A DNA stretch of 64,000 nucleotides from Bacteriovoracia bacterium. Lineage in GTDB: Bacteria > Bdellovibrionota > UBA1018 > CAIPTA01. Below are positions 1 through 9,118 of the stretch, one piece after another (within the stretch, counting starts at the first letter, position 1; every line of letters starts with the position of its first letter). Under the pieces are notes generated by a model that was not told the origin of the DNA, did not search any database, and was given only the letters and a program-made list of their open reading frames with translations. The DNA is taken from NCBI GenBank assembly GCA_050246755.1, contig JBFWVL010000003.1, forward strand, positions 64,001 through 128,000, in the 5' to 3' direction. The position numbers and the translations under genes were made by a program.

Positions 1-667
1 TATGCGGCGCTAATGCCACGAAATCACCGATTACGCCTTCGCCCGTGAGTTTTTCCAGCACGGAAAGTGCCACGCGGGCTCCTTTGGCGCGGAGTTTTTC
101 GGCAAATCCCCGGGACTGCGGGTCCGTGAGAAACCAGGAAAAAATACGGTCGTCGAAGAACTTTGCGATCAAATCCGGGGCGTCGAGGAAATCGAGGGTG
201 TGGCGGGCCGGGGGCGTGTCGAGCACCAATAAGTCAAATTCCCCCGAAGCGTCGAGCTTATAGAGCTTTTCCATCGCCAAGTAATCATGGGCGCCGCCGA
301 AATTTCCGGCGATCACTTCGAAGAGCGAGCTTTCGGCGAACCGATTTTTCATTTCGGGCCCGCCTACCTCTTCCAGGAAGCGGTAGAACGTGTTTTCGGA
401 ATCGAGCATCATCGCCGCGAGCGAGCCCTTCAGCTTTTCGCCCAGCGCCTTCTCGATGTATTTATTTAAATTCTGCGGCTCGGCGCTCAGCGTTTCGAGG
501 CCGAGCGAAGTGGCTAAGCGTTTGGCGGGATCGATCGTGATCAAGCCCACCCGTTTGCCCGCTAACGCTCCACGCAGCGCGAGCGCCGCCGAGGTGGTGG
601 TTTTTCCCACGCCCCCGGTGCCGCAGCAAACCACCATTTTCTTTCCGAGAATTTTCTGGAGGCTCAT
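1..667 (-). CDS. ArsA/Get3-family ATPase (3' end outside window)
   Basis: Manual translation, not in ORF track: MSLQKILGKKMVVCCGTGGVGKTT...TIDPAKRLA...LVLDTPPARHTLDFLDAP; ATG overlaps the TGA of the upstream ATPase (ATGA, 664-667). Confidence 0.9.
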   Translation of the reverse strand, partial: MSLQKILGKKMVVCCGTGGVGKTTTSAALALRGALAGKRVGLITIDPAKRLATSLGLETLSAEPQNLNKYIEKALGEKLKGSLAAMMLDSENTFYRFLEEVGGPEMKNRFAESSLFEVIAGNFGGAHDYLAMEKLYKLDASGEFDLLVLDTPPARHTLDFLDAPDLIAKFFDDRIFSWFLTDPQSRGFAEKLRAKGARVALSVLEKLTGEGVIGDFVALAPH

Positions 668-1566
668 CGTAGCTCCTCCGAAATACGCAGGTAAAGCGGC
701 TCGGCATCGGGCTCGGGAAAGAAATAGGGAATTTCTTGATTCTGCTTGCTGAGTTCCTGAATCGATTCTCGCTCCCGCAAAGAGCGGGCTAGGGAATAGG
801 CGTAGGCTTTCCATACCAGCGAATCTTTCTTTGGTGCTTCGAGCTCTTCCATTTTGGGAAACAGCTTATTCACGAACACAAAAGGCTTTACGAAGTTCTT
901 ACCAATGATTTGTTCTGATTCGAGCGTTTCCTGGATCGACATTTCTTCCGGTAGGCTCACCAGGCCAATGCCGGTTTGAGCGGGATCGGCGAGAAAATCG
1001 GCCATCTTCGAAGCATCGCGGAAAATCGGGCCATTTCGCGTAATGCGGCGAAAATTGCCTGGAGCACTCAGCAATGAGATGGCGTGACCAGTGGCGGGCG
1101 CATCGAACACGATCGCGTCGTAACCCGCGCTTTTCTCCGGGTGAGTGAGCTCGTACCAAAGCTTTCCCACGGCCACGAGATCGGGAAGGCCGGGAACCAC
1201 TTCGAGGAAGGAGGCGGTAACGCTATTGCCAAGCAATACTCCGGCGAGCCCGCCCGTGGGCAATTTTAGATCCACATATTCGCCGAGGCAGCGCGAAGGA
1301 TCGAGTACCGAAACGAAGATCTTTTCTTTGGCTCCGGGAAGTTTGATTTCGGTAGGCTTATGGCCCAGTTCCTTTTTTCCGACTAGGCCGGGAAGCCGGG
1401 AAAAGGCTTTCTCGCGTCCGCGGCCTAACTCGACGAGCCAAATTTTTTTGCCTTCCGTTGCGAGGCGGTGCGCCAAAGCCAAGGAGAGCAGGGATTTTCC
1501 CGCGCCGCCCTTGCCGGTAACTATCAAAAGCTTTTTTTCCAAGAAATCCGAAAGCTTCGCGTCCAT
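664..1566 (-). CDS. ArsA/Get3-family ATPase
   Basis: TGKGGAGKS Walker A, FDAPATGH switch II; likely start MDAKLSDF at 1566, preceded by a promoter. Confidence 0.88.
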   Translation of the reverse strand: MDAKLSDFLEKKLLIVTGKGGAGKSLLSLALAHRLATEGKKIWLVELGRGREKAFSRLPGLVGKKELGHKPTEIKLPGAKEKIFVSVLDPSRCLGEYVDLKLPTGGLAGVLLGNSVTASFLEVVPGLPDLVAVGKLWYELTHPEKSAGYDAIVFDAPATGHAISLLSAPGNFRRITRNGPIFRDASKMADFLADPAQTGIGLVSLPEEMSIQETLESEQIIGKNFVKPFVFVNKLFPKMEELEAPKKDSLVWKAYAYSLARSLRERESIQELSKQNQEIPYFFPEPDAEPLYLRISEELR

Positions 1567-1573
1567 TGCGAGC

Positions 1574-1601
1574 ACTATAACGATCCGTGGATTTCTTGCA
1601 A
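1574..1601 (-). promoter_or_regulatory. sigma-70-type promoter, probably leaderless, for the ArsA pair
   Basis: Minus strand TTGCAA-N16-TATAGT-N7-ATG. Confidence 0.55.
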
Positions 1602-1650
1602 ACGCCGGAATCGTATGGCACAACTAAAAACGTCAATTTTCCCTGGTTAA

Positions 1651-1726
1651 GGGCGCGTAGCTCAGTTGGTAGAGCACCACAATGGCATTGTGGGGGTCAT
1701 CGGTTCGATCCCGTTCGCGTCCACCA
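1651..1726 (+). tRNA. tRNA-Ala(GGC)
   Basis: 76-nt cloverleaf GGGCGCG...CGCGTCCACCA; D arm AGCTCAGTTGGTAGAGC; anticodon arm CCACA-ATGGCAT-TGTGG; T loop GGTTCGATCC; G3:U70 alanine identity pair; encoded CCA. Confidence 0.97.
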
Positions 1727-1941
1727 ATTTAAAGATCCCAAATCACGTAGAAACCATTGAACTCAAAGGGGAGTGGGAAACCATCCCTGCAATGGGCCAG
1801 TCTAAATCTGGTCTGTTTCTTTCTGCGTATTACGCAAAAAAAACCAAAAACGATTTGAAAATGATTTGAACGGCAAACGCCGCAAGAGATCGGCTTAACC
1901 GATGGCCAAGCGCTTTACCGACACTCAAAAATGGGGTACCC

Positions 1942-1973
1942 GCTCCCAAAATGGGAGCAGTTCGCTCCCATTT
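1942..1973. repeat. Overlapping inverted repeats upstream of the DUF4423 regulator
   Basis: GCTCCCA-AAA-TGGGAGC (1942-1958) and AAATGGGAGC-AGTTC-GCTCCCATTT (1949-1973). Confidence 0.7.
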
Positions 1974-2011
1974 CTCTGTCCGTCCGCGTATCCGTGTGTA
2001 ATAAACACTCC

Positions 2012-2770
2012 ATGAGCAATGAAACACCAAGTTTTTCGGTCCGCTGGCTGGCCACCGAGCTTGAGCGACGCCAACAAGACAATCCTCGCCAGTCGTTGCG
2101 AGGGTATGCCAAGCAACTAGAGATTCCATCCGGGCGGCTATCGGAAATACTTTCCGGAAAAAGGGGGCTTAGCCAAAAGCTTGCGGTGAAGCTGGCCGGA
2201 CGGCTTGGGCTCTCACCCGAGCAAAAGTCCGCATTTTTGTCTCCTGGTAATTCGCTCCAAGGAAGTTCGGAGGAAGCACACCATTCATTGTCCGAAGATG
2301 CCTTTACAGCCATTTCCTGCTGGCAGCACTTCGCGTTACTTAGTCTAATGAACACTTACGACTTTCGTTCCGACTTGAAGTGGATTTCTCGCCGCCTTGG
2401 GTTAACGACAGTAGAGACACGAGCCACGATCGAGCGGCTCATTCGACTGGGACTGATACAGAAAGGTGCAAAGGGTTATTGTCGAACTCACCAAAAGTTA
2501 AAGACTACTAATGAGATTTCTTCGCCCGCCTTGAAAAAGTCGCACCGGCAATCGCTTGAGCAGGCTATTGGTCATATTGAAGCTACCCCCCTTGACGAGC
2601 GTGACATCACTTCGATGACTATGGCGATCGACCCAAAGAAAATCCCATTGGCCAAATCCCTTATCCGAGACTTTCGTTACCGGCTGGCAGAGGTGCTGGA
2701 GAGCGGGCGCCGCAAAGAAGTTTACAATCTGAACGTTCAACTTGTTCCCGTAACCAGGAGAAAAAAATGA
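2012..2770 (+). CDS. TIGR02147/DUF4423-family HTH protein
   Basis: NPRQSLRGYAKQLEIPSGRLSEILSGKRGLS N-terminal HTH; WQHFAL, ERDITSMT, VYNLNVQLVP C-terminal motifs. Confidence 0.88.
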   Translation: MSNETPSFSVRWLATELERRQQDNPRQSLRGYAKQLEIPSGRLSEILSGKRGLSQKLAVKLAGRLGLSPEQKSAFLSPGNSLQGSSEEAHHSLSEDAFTAISCWQHFALLSLMNTYDFRSDLKWISRRLGLTTVETRATIERLIRLGLIQKGAKGYCRTHQKLKTTNEISSPALKKSHRQSLEQAIGHIEATPLDERDITSMTMAIDPKKIPLAKSLIRDFRYRLAEVLESGRRKEVYNLNVQLVPVTRRKK

Positions 2771-3849
2771 AATACTTACTGATAATGACCTTGATTCTCG
2801 CCTTGCCAATTTGCGCTTTGGCGGAGGAGGGAGACGATCGCGGCAATGGCGGCGATGCCTACAGCCAAGAATTCATTTCGACCGCTCGTACTGTGGTTAA
2901 GCTTTTGCAGAGATTTCCTATAAAAGGTTTGGATTCGGACGGGATTTCTCGATTGATCGATCGCACGGTGGTTGGATCGAAAGAATCGTTACTTCTGCGG
3001 GGTACAGAGGTAGACGCAATTAATTATCCTGACGCCAACAAACCTCGAATCGAGGTGAGCCGGAGGGGATGGGACAGAATGCGGCACGATTTTCGTCGCA
3101 AGCGAATTATCGTATTGCATGAGTTTTTGTCCATCGCGGGAATTGATGATTCACATTACCAATATTCGGAGCTTCTTACCGACGCAGACGTTTGTGAACG
3201 CACGCCAGCTATTCGCCTATTGCTTGAAGCCCAACTAAAAAAATCTTGCACCCAGATCAGCTCGCGAGATCTGGAAAGTGTTACGTACCTAGACTTTCCC
3301 GCCCAACACTTGAACCGGCTCGAGCACGGTGATTTCGCAGGGCTAGTCCGGCTGCGCAGCGTGAGCTTGGGGAATAATAGTTTTACCTCACTGCCAGCCG
3401 ATCTATTTGAAGGGGCACCAAGCATCGAGGGACTCGGCATGGGGAGTTTTGTGGAAAACCTTGCCGATTGCTCATTCTTGCGGGAGCTTCGCTACCTGGC
3501 CACGATCAGCATCGGTAGTGCTGCTTCTCCTATAAGAAATGTTCCGGCCGGGTGCCTTGCGGAGGCGAATTTTGGGATGCTATTTCTTCGGATAGACGGA
3601 AATGACTTTGATCCCAACGGCTTGTTTGCGAATTTTACTCAGGAACATCGGCAGTTCGCTGTTACCTTCCAAGGAATTGGCTTTGAGAAGTTGCCTGTAA
3701 GCTTTTTGGCGGAACAGCGGCCGGCGTTACATCAAATCAACTTCGAGCTCTATACCTGGCGAAGGAACGACGAATTTTTATCCAGCGTGCAAAATGCCAC
3801 ACATTTGACCTGTGAGCCTCATCTGGGGGTGGAGATTCGCTGTGAGTAG
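2767..3849 (+). CDS. Secreted protein with GNGGD motif and leucine-rich repeats
   Basis: Signal peptide, DRGNGGD, VLHEFL, LRR-like LNRLEHGDFAGLVRLRSVSLGNNSFTSLPADLF; ATGA overlap with upstream gene. Confidence 0.75.
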   Translation: MKYLLIMTLILALPICALAEEGDDRGNGGDAYSQEFISTARTVVKLLQRFPIKGLDSDGISRLIDRTVVGSKESLLLRGTEVDAINYPDANKPRIEVSRRGWDRMRHDFRRKRIIVLHEFLSIAGIDDSHYQYSELLTDADVCERTPAIRLLLEAQLKKSCTQISSRDLESVTYLDFPAQHLNRLEHGDFAGLVRLRSVSLGNNSFTSLPADLFEGAPSIEGLGMGSFVENLADCSFLRELRYLATISIGSAASPIRNVPAGCLAEANFGMLFLRIDGNDFDPNGLFANFTQEHRQFAVTFQGIGFEKLPVSFLAEQRPALHQINFELYTWRRNDEFLSSVQNATHLTCEPHLGVEIRCE

Positions 3850-3967
3850 TGATATTAAGGAAAATTTAGTGCTTTTGTCTGCTTGTCCAGATCGATGCAC
3901 TGTGGAACCTCAACAGAAATATACCTACGCAATGCTGAATTCCTTAGTTGCTTAGGGTGCTTAGTAT

Positions 3968-4434
3968 TCACAAGTGGCGCGCCTGCCGTTTTTCCTCTCG
4001 TGTTGGCTTATGGTAGAAGCTCGCTCGCGCGAGCCTCATTATTTCGCATCCTCTTTTAATCGAGCCAAATTCTCGGAGGTGATTACGGATGAATCTTCGT
4101 TTTTCTTCCGTAGTGAATGTTCCAAGGCTTTTTTTAACATCAGGTTCTCAAGGTAGAGGTCGGCGATCTCGAGCTTGAGATCCTTCATCTGTTGCTGGCC
4201 TCCCGATAGCTCATGCCATCTTCTACAACTTTCTTGGCTACCATCATTCGATATTCGGGTGAATGCTTTGGCTGGCGTCCTGGTGGGCGCTTGGGCTTCA
4301 CGTCTGGCGGGGTAAAGATCTCCATGGGTCGGTCCTTTTCTCGTGGGCCTGTGCCTATCACAGGGCCCCACACTAAGGCCAACCGCTGTTCAGAAGAGTT
4401 TTGGAACGGTGTCTAACCTAAGGGACTCAGTCTA
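3968..4434 (-). mobile_element. IS3-family insertion sequence remnant (left IR, broken orfA, start of orfB)
   Basis: End TAGACTGAGTCCCTTAGGTTAGACACC (4434-4408) resembles IS2/IS3-family IRs; orfA pieces KHSPEYRMMVAKKVVEDGMSYREA and LKLEIADLYLENLMLKKA in different frames; -1-frame orfB start CEIMRLARASFYHKP after AAAAG, then a stop. Confidence 0.75.
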
Positions 4435-4806
4435 ATTACGATAAAAATATTTCAGGGCGTGCGCGTAATAGAGCGGATCTTGAATAAGAGACCAAAAGTA
4501 GCGCCCACCAAAAAGGTGCCCAGAACGCCTGGATTGCGTGTGGATAATGCACGTGCTTGAGCTGAGGACGTTTTGCATGACCCTACTGATCGAAATCCGT
4601 GGGGTGGTCAGAAGCAGGTGAATGTGATTTGGCATCAGCACGAACGCGTGCACCTGAATTCCGTGCAAGACGGTTTGCAAGTAAAGTTCGCTCGTGAGCG
4701 TTTTCCAGGCAAAGTCGAGACCGCAAGGAAACTCTTCTCTATTATTCACCCTTGCGGCCACGTGATATGGGAAATTGGCAGATTGGATTAGGCGTTTGCG
4801 TGGCAT
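4432..4806 (-). pseudogene. Truncated Y1/HUH REP-associated tyrosine transposase (RAYT-like)
   Basis: MPRKR..YHV..R.NNRE, FVLMPNHIHLL HUH motif, GHLFGGRY; ends KYFYRN just before the expected NP motif. Confidence 0.85.
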
Positions 4807-4982
4807 TGTCAGCTATTGCCTGCAACGACCGCGCCTGTTTCTACTAGTCATTCACGAGCTAAATCTCGACTCCGTATGCCCGCGCCGTTTCCTCTAAGTT
4901 CTGAATTTCCTTTTGATGCTTTTCTTTTGCTCACGAATGGACGCAGAGAAGCATGAGACTTGGCCGAGTTTTTGTTCGTTGC

Positions 4983-6056
4983 CTATTTCGCGCTCATCTC
5001 TTGAGAGTGGTCGTCTTCCTCTGCCGTCGCCGGCTCGGATTTTTTGATCGGCGCAAGATCATCCGGTTTCTCGTAAGGAAGGTCGCCGTCACAGCCGAAG
5101 ACATTCTTTTTTACCCAATCCGCGGTGCCTGCGGCCCGCTGCTTTCCGGCGAGATCGTTCCATAGCAAGCCGCCCTCGTTCGGGATGACAGGGCTGGCAT
5201 TGCGGGCCGAATCCATGAAGAGGGTTTGGATCAGGAGGCGATCTTCATTGTTCGTGTCCGATTTTTGTGTGAAATAGCGAACTTGTTCCGCGTTCAGGCT
5301 ATCGCTCCGGAGCATTACGAAAGAATACTCCATAGAAGTTTTAGCGGGACACGCGGGGAATTTCGTTTGCATGTAGTAATAGCCCAAAAGATCTACCTTT
5401 AGGATATCGCGGAACACGCTCTGTAATAGCGCTTGGCAAGGAGGCGCGAGCTTGTCTCCGCCGTTTTTAAAATAGGAAGCCGAATCCCCGTCGCACTTGA
5501 AGGAAGCGAGAATTTTTTTTGCGTCGGACTCGTCCAACAGGAAGACGCCCAGAATAGGATTGAGTACATCGAATACTTTGAGTCCTGCCGGTAATTTCAG
5601 CTGCAGCAAAACCCAATTCTTGCCGCCGTAGTTGCGGGTGATTACTGGGTCGGCCGCCAAGTAGAGTCCGGATCCGAAATAGTTTCCCGATTTTTTTCCA
5701 AATTTATCCCAGAAGATCTGGGAGCGCGATTTAAGGTAATCGAGATCCTCTTCTGCATTGTGGGCTTTCGTGAAATAGCTGTCATATTCGACGTGCGACC
5801 AGCTATACATCGCTAGCGGACGATTCGTGGTTCGAATGCGTTTTTGAAAATAAGTTACTACTGGGGTTATGTCGGTGCCGTTCAGCTCGTAGGTCTCGCC
5901 TTTAGCGGGCGAGGAAAACCAGCAGGCGAAAAATATACCGAGCAAAACCCAAAGGCCGTAGCGAGCCGGGCCGGTACGCGAGAACCGCCATGGCAGTCCG
6001 ATCAGCGTAAGAGAGGGATAGGTCCATGTATGAGCGAGGTTTCCCATCTTAGACAA
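4983..6056 (-). CDS. Secreted/membrane-anchored hypothetical protein with ADP-ribosyltransferase-like motif
   Basis: Hydrophobic N-terminus; GNYFGSGLYLAADPVITRNYGG; several Cys; start uncertain. Confidence 0.65.
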   Translation of the reverse strand: MSKMGNLAHTWTYPSLTLIGLPWRFSRTGPARYGLWVLLGIFFACWFSSPAKGETYELNGTDITPVVTYFQKRIRTTNRPLAMYSWSHVEYDSYFTKAHNAEEDLDYLKSRSQIFWDKFGKKSGNYFGSGLYLAADPVITRNYGGKNWVLLQLKLPAGLKVFDVLNPILGVFLLDESDAKKILASFKCDGDSASYFKNGGDKLAPPCQALLQSVFRDILKVDLLGYYYMQTKFPACPAKTSMEYSFVMLRSDSLNAEQVRYFTQKSDTNNEDRLLIQTLFMDSARNASPVIPNEGGLLWNDLAGKQRAAGTADWVKKNVFGCDGDLPYEKPDDLAPIKKSEPATAEEDDHSQEMSAK

Positions 6057-6249
6057 TTCGGCATTTTGGGAGATCTTCTTAAGGAATCGCCTTCGAAAAA
6101 GGGATCTCGGTTTTCATAGGGGCCAAAACCGGCTTTGGGTAGCATAAAAGCTGTCAGCGGGTGTTCCAGAGGCCTTGAATTGCCCCCCAGGACTCCTTTA
6201 CTTTGCCGCCCGTCTTTGCCACCATTTTACAAATGGAGGATTTTTTATA

Positions 6250-6627
6250 ATGGGAAAAATTACGATCGCGGTGCGTATTCTCTTGGGTTTGATTTTTGTC
6301 GCTTCGGGAGTTGCGTTTTTTCTGAGCACGCCTCCCCCGATGGAAGGGCCCATCGCTGATTTCTTTAAGGGCATGGCGGCCACCGGGTACTTTTTTTATC
6401 TCCTCAAGGGCACCGAAATCGTGGCTGGATTGCTGCTGATCGCGGGAATGTTCGTTCCCCTGGCGCTTATCATGCTCGCGCCGGTGATCCTGAATATCTT
6501 CCTGGTGCACGCCTTCCTGATGCCTAGCGGATTGCCGCTCGCGATCGTACTATGCGTGCTCGAGATTTATCTGGCCTTCTTTTCAGAGCATAGCCCGAAG
6601 ATTAAGGCGCTTTTTCGCCGGGCTTAG
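6250..6627 (+). CDS. DoxX-family membrane protein
   Basis: RILLGLIF, TGYFFYLLKGTEIVAGLLL, APVILNIFLVH; GGAGG SD. Confidence 0.85.
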   Translation: MGKITIAVRILLGLIFVASGVAFFLSTPPPMEGPIADFFKGMAATGYFFYLLKGTEIVAGLLLIAGMFVPLALIMLAPVILNIFLVHAFLMPSGLPLAIVLCVLEIYLAFFSEHSPKIKALFRRA

Positions 6628-6644
6628 CCAAACTCTTTCAGGTA

Positions 6645-6690
6645 AAAAAATCCGCGGTTCTCGAAAGAGATTCGCGGATTTTTTGTTTTA
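6645..6690. terminator. Bidirectional intrinsic terminator
   Basis: AAAAAATCCGCG-gttctcgaaagagatt-CGCGGATTTTTT between convergent genes. Confidence 0.8.
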
Positions 6691-6724
6691 AGCCAAACGC
6701 TCCCCTCTGCGAAGGGGCGGGAAT

Positions 6725-7090
6725 CTAAAAAGCGGCGCCAAACACGGTATAGCGCAGGAGCATCTGCACGAGGGAGAGCACGATGGCGCCGAAGATGGCG
6801 GAAAACCACGAGCTCACTTCAAAGCCCGGCAAGATGAACGCAGAAATTTTTAGGATAATGCCGTTAATCACGAAGGTGAAAAGCCCAAGCGTGAGGATAT
6901 TGATCGGCAAAGTGAGCACGAAAAGTACTGGCCAGAGCACGGCGGTGCAGCCGGCGATCACGATGGCGGCTATCAGGGCGGAGAGAAAACTTTTGGCGCG
7001 GATTCCGGGCATGATCCAGGAAGTGATGAGCACGCCGAGCGCGGCTACGAACCAATAAAGAATGATGCCGAGGTAAGATTGGTTTTGCAT
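6725..7090 (-). CDS. YvlD/DUF360 (phage-holin-like) membrane protein
   Basis: PVLFVLTLPINILTLGLFTFVINGIIL signature. Confidence 0.88.
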   Translation of the reverse strand: MQNQSYLGIILYWFVAALGVLITSWIMPGIRAKSFLSALIAAIVIAGCTAVLWPVLFVLTLPINILTLGLFTFVINGIILKISAFILPGFEVSSWFSAIFGAIVLSLVQMLLRYTVFGAAF

Positions 7091-7347
7091 GGGGCCAGCT
7101 TAGCAAAGCTCGGCGAACCATCCCAAAAGAAAACGCGCAAGAGCCTGATGGCTGGGATATTTTTCCCCAAATCCATACCGATTTAGCCCCGGTGGATCCA
7201 TTTCCCAAATCCGCGCCGTCGCGTGTAAAGCGCAGAAAATTCGTCTTCTACTCAGTTTTAGGTAGGGCAGGCCAAAAATAAGCGCAGCGTTAGGGTCTTT
7301 TGGTTTTCCAATTGCACTATCGGCCCTCGAAACTCGAAAGGAGCTCG

Positions 7348-8922
7348 ATGCATCCGCAAGAAAAGAAGAAAAAAGAAGGGAAGAAGCAGGCCACTATTTC
7401 TGCGCGCTTGCTGGACGCAGAATCAGAAATCATTCGCGTGTGGGAAGATCGCGTGCGCGAGCAGATTCCTTTGGCCGATGAGCATAGCAGCCAAGTGCTC
7501 CGAAATTCTTTGCCCAGCTTTATCATCGGCGTGGCGAAAGTATTGGCCGAAAATGCCGAGGGCGAAGACTTTAAAGCCGTTTGCCAAAAGCACGGCGAGC
7601 AGAGGGCTGAGAAAACTTATTATTCCGTAGAGCAACTGGTGCATGAATACCGGATTTTGCGCGAAGTGATTTTTGAGCTCATAGAGGGAAAGGAAGCGCT
7701 CGATTCTCGCTCTCGTCAACTGATTAATCTAAGCGTAGACCATGGCTTGGCGGAAGCCGTTACCAGTTTCATCCGGCGCGTGGGCTTGGAGCGGGAGCAG
7801 GCCGAAAAAAATTTGCTCGAAAGCGAAGAACGGCATGATCTCGCCCTTAAAGCGGGCAAGATCGGCATCTGGGAAATGGACTTGAAGTCGCCCCGTATTA
7901 AATGGAGCAGCCGCCAATTCGAGATTTTCGACGTGGATTCTTCTATTGACCCCCTCACCTACGATACGTTCCAGAAGTGTGTGCATCCCGAAGATAAGCC
8001 GCGCATGGCCCTGGAGCTCGACCGGGCCGTACGGGAAAAGCGCGATTTCTTACTGGAGTATCGGGTGATCTGGAGGGATGGAACCATTCACTGGGTGAAG
8101 GCGAGCGGGCGGCCTTACTACGATACGGACGGCAATCCCGATCGCATGATGGGAACGAATATCGACATTACCACCATGAAGGCGGAGCAGGACCAGCGCC
8201 ATGAATTAATCGACAGCCTAACCCGGGAGCAGGAGATTCGGGAGCGTTTCGTGAACGCGCTCACCCACGATCTGCGCACTCCACTCACGGCCGCGAAAAT
8301 GAGTGGGCAGCTGGTGGCCCGAATGGCTTCCCGGCCCGACGACGTAGTGAGGCTGGCGGCTCGCGTGGTGGATAACTTAAATCGGGCCGATGAGATGATC
8401 AGCGATCTGCTTGATTCGAGCCGAATTCGCGCGGGCTTGCCGCTCGCATTAGATATCAAAGAGTGCGAAGCGCGCGCGGTGGTGGTGGCTACGCTCGAAG
8501 AGTTGACGATCATTCACGGCAATCGCTTCGTGGTGGAGAGTGGGAGCGAAGTGCGGGGCTACTGGGATTGCAAGGGCGTGCGCCGTATTCTGGAAAACCT
8601 TTGCTCGAACGCCGTGAAATATGGCGACGCGCATGCGCCGATCTACGTGGCTTGCCGCCGGGAAGCAGCTGAGCTGGTACTTTCGGTGAAAAATACGGGA
8701 GCGCCGCTCGGCACGGAAGAAAAGATGACGCTCTTTAACTTGTTTGAACGCACGGAAAGCGCACGTTCCCTTGGCCGGAAGGGATGGGGAATCGGGCTTA
8801 CGGTGGTGAAGGGAATCGCCGAGTCGCACGGCGGATCCGCCGAGGTGCAGAGCGACGCGGGCAGCACGATCTTCACCGTGCGCTTACCCCTCGACGCCCG
8901 TAATTTTCTCTCTGCACGCTAG
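7348..8922 (+). CDS. PAS-domain sensor histidine kinase (RsbRD_N-like N-terminus)
   Basis: KHGEQR helical N-domain, PAS (VHPEDK, DGTIHWV), THDLRTPL H-box, NLCSNAVKY, GWGIGL. Confidence 0.92.
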   Translation: MHPQEKKKKEGKKQATISARLLDAESEIIRVWEDRVREQIPLADEHSSQVLRNSLPSFIIGVAKVLAENAEGEDFKAVCQKHGEQRAEKTYYSVEQLVHEYRILREVIFELIEGKEALDSRSRQLINLSVDHGLAEAVTSFIRRVGLEREQAEKNLLESEERHDLALKAGKIGIWEMDLKSPRIKWSSRQFEIFDVDSSIDPLTYDTFQKCVHPEDKPRMALELDRAVREKRDFLLEYRVIWRDGTIHWVKASGRPYYDTDGNPDRMMGTNIDITTMKAEQDQRHELIDSLTREQEIRERFVNALTHDLRTPLTAAKMSGQLVARMASRPDDVVRLAARVVDNLNRADEMISDLLDSSRIRAGLPLALDIKECEARAVVVATLEELTIIHGNRFVVESGSEVRGYWDCKGVRRILENLCSNAVKYGDAHAPIYVACRREAAELVLSVKNTGAPLGTEEKMTLFNLFERTESARSLGRKGWGIGLTVVKGIAESHGGSAEVQSDAGSTIFTVRLPLDARNFLSAR

Positions 8923-8930
8923 CAGAATAT

Positions 8931-8959
8931 TTGAGTCGCACGCGCTTGTTCGCTATGCT
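8931..8959 (+). promoter_or_regulatory. sigma-70 promoter, leaderless
   Basis: TTGAGT-N17-TATGCT-N6-ATG. Confidence 0.65.
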
Positions 8960-8965
8960 TAGCCG

Positions 8966-9118
8966 ATGAGCGCGGAAAACACTGACCTCGTGGAAGGGGA
9001 AGACTACTATCTCGATCCTGACACGGGACTGCTCACCTTTACCGCGGATTACCTGCGCAAGCGTGGGTATTGCTGCGATAGCGGCTGCCGCCATTGTCCC
9101 TACGAGAAGCCATGCTGA
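8966..9118 (+). CDS. DUF5522-like small Cys-rich protein (50 aa, absent from ORF track)
   Basis: MSAENTDLVEGEDYYLDPDTGLLTFTADYLRKRGYCCDSGCRHCPYEKPC. Confidence 0.85.
   Translation: MSAENTDLVEGEDYYLDPDTGLLTFTADYLRKRGYCCDSGCRHCPYEKPC

Noticed and set aside
1666-1869. 67-aa ORF over the tRNA
   Set aside because: Overlaps the tRNA cloverleaf; spurious
1727-6250. Integrative element or prophage at tRNA-Ala
   Set aside because: No integrase, phage genes or duplicated tRNA 3' end seen in the window
6725-7090. Holin as prophage evidence
   Set aside because: YvlD/DUF360 proteins are common chromosomal membrane proteins; no phage context
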